38,265 nt of DNA from a virus (Duplodnaviria > Heunggongvirae > Uroviricota > Caudoviricetes): IMG/VR virus record IMGVR_UViG_2917870735_000001, positions 1 to 38,265 of that record, one strand, 5' to 3'. The stretch's first letter is position 1; every line of letters starts with the position of its first letter. The notes under the pieces were generated by a model. The model searched no databases. It was not told where the DNA came from and saw only the letters and a list, made by a program, of their open reading frames with translations. Both the position numbers and the translations under genes were made by a program. Positions 34,567-38,265 of the stretch are shown here, one piece after another.

Positions 34567-34898
34567 CAACAAAAATTAACGACCATGCACTGCGTGAGCG
34601 CGCGCGGAATAAAGTGCAGAGCATTGAATTCGCCTTAACACATAGTGCATTCGCTGAGATTCGCGCTGAGCTTGAAGATGATTTAGAACTGGCACGGATT
34701 CTGGAAGTAGAGCCAGATGAACGCGCAGCCTATGAATTATTCATGGAAAAGCGTTTCAGCGACTCAGTAGATCGTCGGAAATCGGAAAATGGCGATAACG
34801 AGTACATGGCATGGGATATGACTCTCGGCTTGGTTGTCTGGCAGCAACGCGCTGGAATGAGTCTTTCAACTGTACAACCGCTGGAGAGTCAGCAATGA
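34563..34898 (+). CDS. hypothetical acidic protein
   Basis: 111 aa; ATG overlaps upstream stop (ATGA); GAGGTAGGGG RBS; no recognised motif. Confidence 0.45.
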   Translation: MTTKINDHALRERARNKVQSIEFALTHSAFAEIRAELEDDLELARILEVEPDERAAYELFMEKRFSDSVDRRKSENGDNEYMAWDMTLGLVVWQQRAGMSLSTVQPLESQQ

Positions 34899-35089
34899 AC
34901 AACTTAATGACAACCAAACAAGTCGCCGACTTCTGTGGCGTTTCAGTATCGACAGTTCTTCGCTGGAACAGCGTAAACAGGAGAACTGGCCAGAAATACA
35001 GGCCTGACTTTCCAGATCCTGATATTAAATCCTGCCCAAATAAATGGGCATCACGCAAGATATACAGGTTTGCGGGAGTTATTGAGTAA
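34895..35089 (+). CDS. AlpA/excisionase-like HTH protein
   Basis: 64 aa from ATG 34895 (GGAGAG RBS; overlaps upstream stop ATGA): MNNLMTTKQVADFCGVSVSTVLRWNS.. is the typical AlpA/Xis-family winged-helix pattern; lies near the integrase. Confidence 0.6.
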   Translation: MNNLMTTKQVADFCGVSVSTVLRWNSVNRRTGQKYRPDFPDPDIKSCPNKWASRKIYRFAGVIE

Positions 35090-35322
35090 TACGTAGTAGT
35101 TCAGATGTGAGCTAACACATCTATGGCACAGAGCTAAACCTAATCAGACTGTCTACTCTGTGCCTAAAGTGGATGTTGCAAATACCACCAGCGAAGAACC
35201 AAAATTAATGGTGCAGGATGATGCAGATAATTCTGATGAAAACACCCAGAATTTGTTACAATAAGTACATAGCATTAAAGTTTGTTATGAATGTCTAAAT
35301 GTAGCTTAATTCAGAGGTGATA

Positions 35323-36870
35323 ATGGGTGCCAATGGTTTACTAGCAGTCTTCGCCATACTTATTGCTTGGTATACTCTCTTAACGGATGAGAGACGTGTT
35401 GATTTAAGGTTACGCATATCTAAAATTAATATTATATTCATTATCTTTTTTATATCAACAATCTTAACAATTATATATTCTAAGGTATTGCTAAGTATTT
35501 TTCCGATAAAACCGATCCCTTGGATACTCGGTTTTAACGAAGATACATTGGCTTTTACTTGTCTTTGTATCATAATTACATTTTTTGGAATTAAAGTACT
35601 GGGCAAAAGACTACCAAAAGCAAACCTTACCTGTTGGATCAGCGTTTCAGAAATGTATCTGCGCGCAAAAAAAATAGAACAACTGGGATATCTTTTTGAT
35701 AAATATCACGAACAGCTATTTAATATAATTAGTAATAAAAAATGGTATGTTCGCGTACATAATTACTTAGTCCCTTCATTATCTTCCATTATAATGGATA
35801 AAGAGAAGGCAAAAAAAATACGATTCAAAAAAGCTAGAAAATTTCTGTCAAAGTTTTTCCCTTATGAAGACAAAAGACAAAATGCTATTCAATTAAATAT
35901 ATCCAATCTTCTGAAATCAAAGGTTTTTTCACATTATTTAATTGATACTTACCCTCACGTAGCTATGAAGGCCACCTGCTTACAGCTTAGATATAATTAT
36001 GAGTATAATACAAATTTCTTTACGTATTTAATATCTAACCCAAACAGCATTATGTATAGGGAGTTACGAGACAACCAAAATCGTTCATATACAGGGGAGT
36101 ATGCACTCGACGAAAGTAATGCCTTGCTTAATTTTTATTTAAATGATATTCGTATGGCGATAAATTTAGAAATATGGAAACCTGTGGGTGATTATGTCAT
36201 TAGCTACATAAAAAAACAAAAAGGGAGTTCTTGCTTTTACAATCATCCAGATAATTACTATTCAAGTAGTGATGAGCGTTGGGAATGCCCAATCTTCGTT
36301 GGATTGACGTTTTTCGATGTTATGGTATCTACAGCAATATTCAAACGCTCAAAAAACAATATGTGGCTCATGTATTATCGTTTTTTCCTAAAGGAAATTC
36401 TTGAGAGCTATGAAAAATCTAGCAGCATAGATATAAATAGAGAGTTCCCCATGCGATTTGATTATTTAATATATGAGCTAATCAGCCGTTGTAATATATG
36501 GGTAGGTGCAACAGAACACCTCAATTATGATAACTGGACAACAGAAGAGAAAGAGCAATCCCCAGAGTTCTTTGCCTCTACAACCTTGGGGGAAATGATG
36601 TATCTGATTATTACTTCAGAAAAAATGCATAACAATCAAAAGACATATCTTTTAGAAATCATTATTCAAAGAATGAACTCTCTTGATCAAAACAAGAAAC
36701 CTGCTTACTCCAAGGAAATCTTCAACAATCTTATCCGAGCATTCTCCCCTACTTCCATTGATATAAATGCAGTAAATAAATTACGGCAACTTTATAAAGG
36801 TGTTGATCATGTTCTAAAAAACAAAAATTCAACTTTTGAAGTTGAACTATCAAAATATCTTGACCAATAA
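35323..36870 (+). CDS. AT-rich membrane-anchored protein of unknown function (3 predicted N-terminal TM helices plus about 400-aa soluble domain)
   Basis: ATG at 35323 with AGAGGTGA RBS (ORF track GTG at 35317); GC content far below the prophage average; hydrophobic segments about residues 5-22, 36-58, 70-92; no recognisable catalytic motif; located between xis-like gene and integrase, convergent with int. Confidence 0.7.
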   Translation: MGANGLLAVFAILIAWYTLLTDERRVDLRLRISKINIIFIIFFISTILTIIYSKVLLSIFPIKPIPWILGFNEDTLAFTCLCIIITFFGIKVLGKRLPKANLTCWISVSEMYLRAKKIEQLGYLFDKYHEQLFNIISNKKWYVRVHNYLVPSLSSIIMDKEKAKKIRFKKARKFLSKFFPYEDKRQNAIQLNISNLLKSKVFSHYLIDTYPHVAMKATCLQLRYNYEYNTNFFTYLISNPNSIMYRELRDNQNRSYTGEYALDESNALLNFYLNDIRMAINLEIWKPVGDYVISYIKKQKGSSCFYNHPDNYYSSSDERWECPIFVGLTFFDVMVSTAIFKRSKNNMWLMYYRFFLKEILESYEKSSSIDINREFPMRFDYLIYELISRCNIWVGATEHLNYDNWTTEEKEQSPEFFASTTLGEMMYLIITSEKMHNNQKTYLLEIIIQRMNSLDQNKKPAYSKEIFNNLIRAFSPTSIDINAVNKLRQLYKGVDHVLKNKNSTFEVELSKYLDQ

Positions 36871-36972
36871 TGATGTATTTATCCATCACCTGCTTATATT
36901 GCAGGTGGTATCCTGATCCCAGTTGATCTATCAGTCAAAAAATCAGTCATATAGCGTTCAAATGTAAGAATA

Positions 36973-37008
36973 ATGGCAGCACCCGCTTTACGCTCAAAGC
37001 AGGCTGCC
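36973..37008 (-). terminator. hairpin downstream of integrase gene (candidate terminator)
   Basis: ggcagc..gcttt / aaagc..gctgcc imperfect stem (36975..37008); on the minus strand followed by ATTATTCTTACATTT; 34 nt after int stop. Confidence 0.35.
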
Positions 37009-37041
37009 AAATTTGATTACGTACTGGCTACGCATACTGTG

Positions 37042-38265
37042 TCAATTGGAGCATGAGTTAGTACAAGTAACAATCGATTCAACTCTCTCCCACCATGCCT
37101 GGTAGGCTTTACGCTGTTCTTCTAAATAATCGCACTTGTCATAAACCTGCCATACCCCTGGCAGTTTATGACCTAGCATTATTTCTGCAATATGAGGCGC
37201 AGTAAGATCAGAAAAGTTTGTTCGTGCTGTTCGCCTCAAATCATGAAGAGACCAATGAGGGAATTGATACCCCAAACGCCGCCATGCGTACTGCATTAAA
37301 TTGTAAGGCAGCGACTGCAATGATGTCCGACCAACGGGTTCCCTGCTTCCTTCCTTAGTAAAAAGCATATCGGAACCATTGTTCATAGAAATAGCGTACT
37401 TTATAAGCTCTTCAACCGGTTCAATAATGGGCCGCTTTAGCGGTTCGCCTGTTATCTCCCCAGTCTTATGTCGTTCTGGTGGTACAGTCCATACTTTATT
37501 AATGAAATCAAAATCGTCCACCCTGGCGGTAATTAGCTCTGAACTACGGCAGCCAAAATGCAGCAATAGTTTAATGAATGCCCGGTATTTAGGAACCATT
37601 CGAGAACCATCGATCGCAGCATAAAGGATTTTAATTTCATCATGTGTCAGAAACCGTTTCTTCTGACCTTTACGGATATCCATATCTTTACCCGTGATAT
37701 CCGACAGCGGGCGAGTTTCAATGAGCTTTCTCTTATACGCCCAGACATGGGCCTGCTTTGCGTTAATTAGCAATCGGTCTGCTATTGCTGGAGTCTTAGT
37801 GCTAAGAGGCTCCAGGACTTCTAACCAATCATGCAATGTAGCTGCATCGTGAGGGATATTCCCGATTTTAGAGAACAGGTGCAGCTCAAACGAGCGGAGT
37901 ATCTGTTCAGAACCTTTTTTATTTTTTACACAATATGCTTCATACCAGGCACGGATCACAGACTCTACCGTCATGGCTTCAGTAGCTTTTCGTTTTTCAG
38001 CCTGCTTGACTAATCGTGGATTGCGGTTTGACTCGAGTTCACCACGGAGACGGATAACTTCTTCTCTGGCCTCTTTTAATCCAGTTGCCGGGTAAGTTCC
38101 GATATCAAGGCGCTCACCTTTCCCTGCCCATTGATAACGATATTGGAACACTACGCGACCTTTCGGTGATACTCTGACAGACAGACCATCACGATCGGAT
38201 TTAACCAAAACCTTATCACGTTCCTTTCCAACGACTGAACGCAACCACGCATCAGACAGCGCCAT
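37042..38265 (-). CDS. int: tyrosine integrase (P4-like, N-terminal arm-binding domain)
   Basis: 407 aa; N-terminus ..GLSVRVSPKGRVVFQYRYQWAGKGERLDIGTYP.. typical of P4-family integrase arm domain; C-terminal catalytic motifs ..HDLRRTARTNF.. and ..LGHKLPGVWQVYDK.. (His/Arg and Tyr). Start ATG is the last three bases of the window, so upstream context is unseen. Confidence 0.9.
   Translation of the reverse strand: MALSDAWLRSVVGKERDKVLVKSDRDGLSVRVSPKGRVVFQYRYQWAGKGERLDIGTYPATGLKEAREEVIRLRGELESNRNPRLVKQAEKRKATEAMTVESVIRAWYEAYCVKNKKGSEQILRSFELHLFSKIGNIPHDAATLHDWLEVLEPLSTKTPAIADRLLINAKQAHVWAYKRKLIETRPLSDITGKDMDIRKGQKKRFLTHDEIKILYAAIDGSRMVPKYRAFIKLLLHFGCRSSELITARVDDFDFINKVWTVPPERHKTGEITGEPLKRPIIEPVEELIKYAISMNNGSDMLFTKEGSREPVGRTSLQSLPYNLMQYAWRRLGYQFPHWSLHDLRRTARTNFSDLTAPHIAEIMLGHKLPGVWQVYDKCDYLEEQRKAYQAWWERVESIVTCTNSCSN

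Larger units (their letters stand above)
1..38265. mobile_element. lambdoid prophage (lambda-like tail module, HK97-like head/packaging module, lysis, Q, nin-like region, replication, immunity, int/xis); boundaries not contained in window
   Basis: Contiguous phage gene order read from the ORF translations; several proteins (J, I, K, L, M, Lom, Stf N-terminus, R, Rz1) are near-identical to remembered phage lambda sequences. No att sites identified; integrase start coincides with window end. Confidence 0.9.

Overview
This window is almost entirely a lambdoid prophage of an enterobacterial (E. coli-like) host, with its late operon on the minus strand. All homology calls are from memory of phage lambda and related proteins read against the supplied translations; no database search was run. 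Left to right: a lambda-type tail module (tail fibre genes, lom, J, I, K, L, M); a tape measure and G/G-T chaperone pair with a visible -1 frameshift site; an HK97-type head and packaging module (major tail, connectors, capsid, protease, portal, terminase large and small, HNH); a lysis cassette (Rz/Rz1, R, holin); an AT-rich KAP-family P-loop NTPase on the opposite strand between Q and the holin; Q; a nin-like region (DUF968-like, KilA-N, RusA, LexA-DBD-only protein); a replication initiator with internal iterons; the immunity region (CII-position gene, Cro-like, divergent CI with S24 peptidase); a hairpin-rich ORF-free leader; an early operon (HD hydrolase, PP-loop enzyme, small ORF, AlpA/Xis-like); an AT-rich 517-aa membrane protein; and a tyrosine integrase starting at the window edge. 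No rRNA, tRNA or CRISPR array was seen. The strongest candidates for an undescribed function are the 517-aa membrane protein between xis and int and the KAP NTPase between Q and S, followed by the zinc-ribbon membrane moron inside the tail operon, the HD/PP-loop pair, and a LexA-DBD-only protein paired with an SOS-box-like palindrome inside cI.
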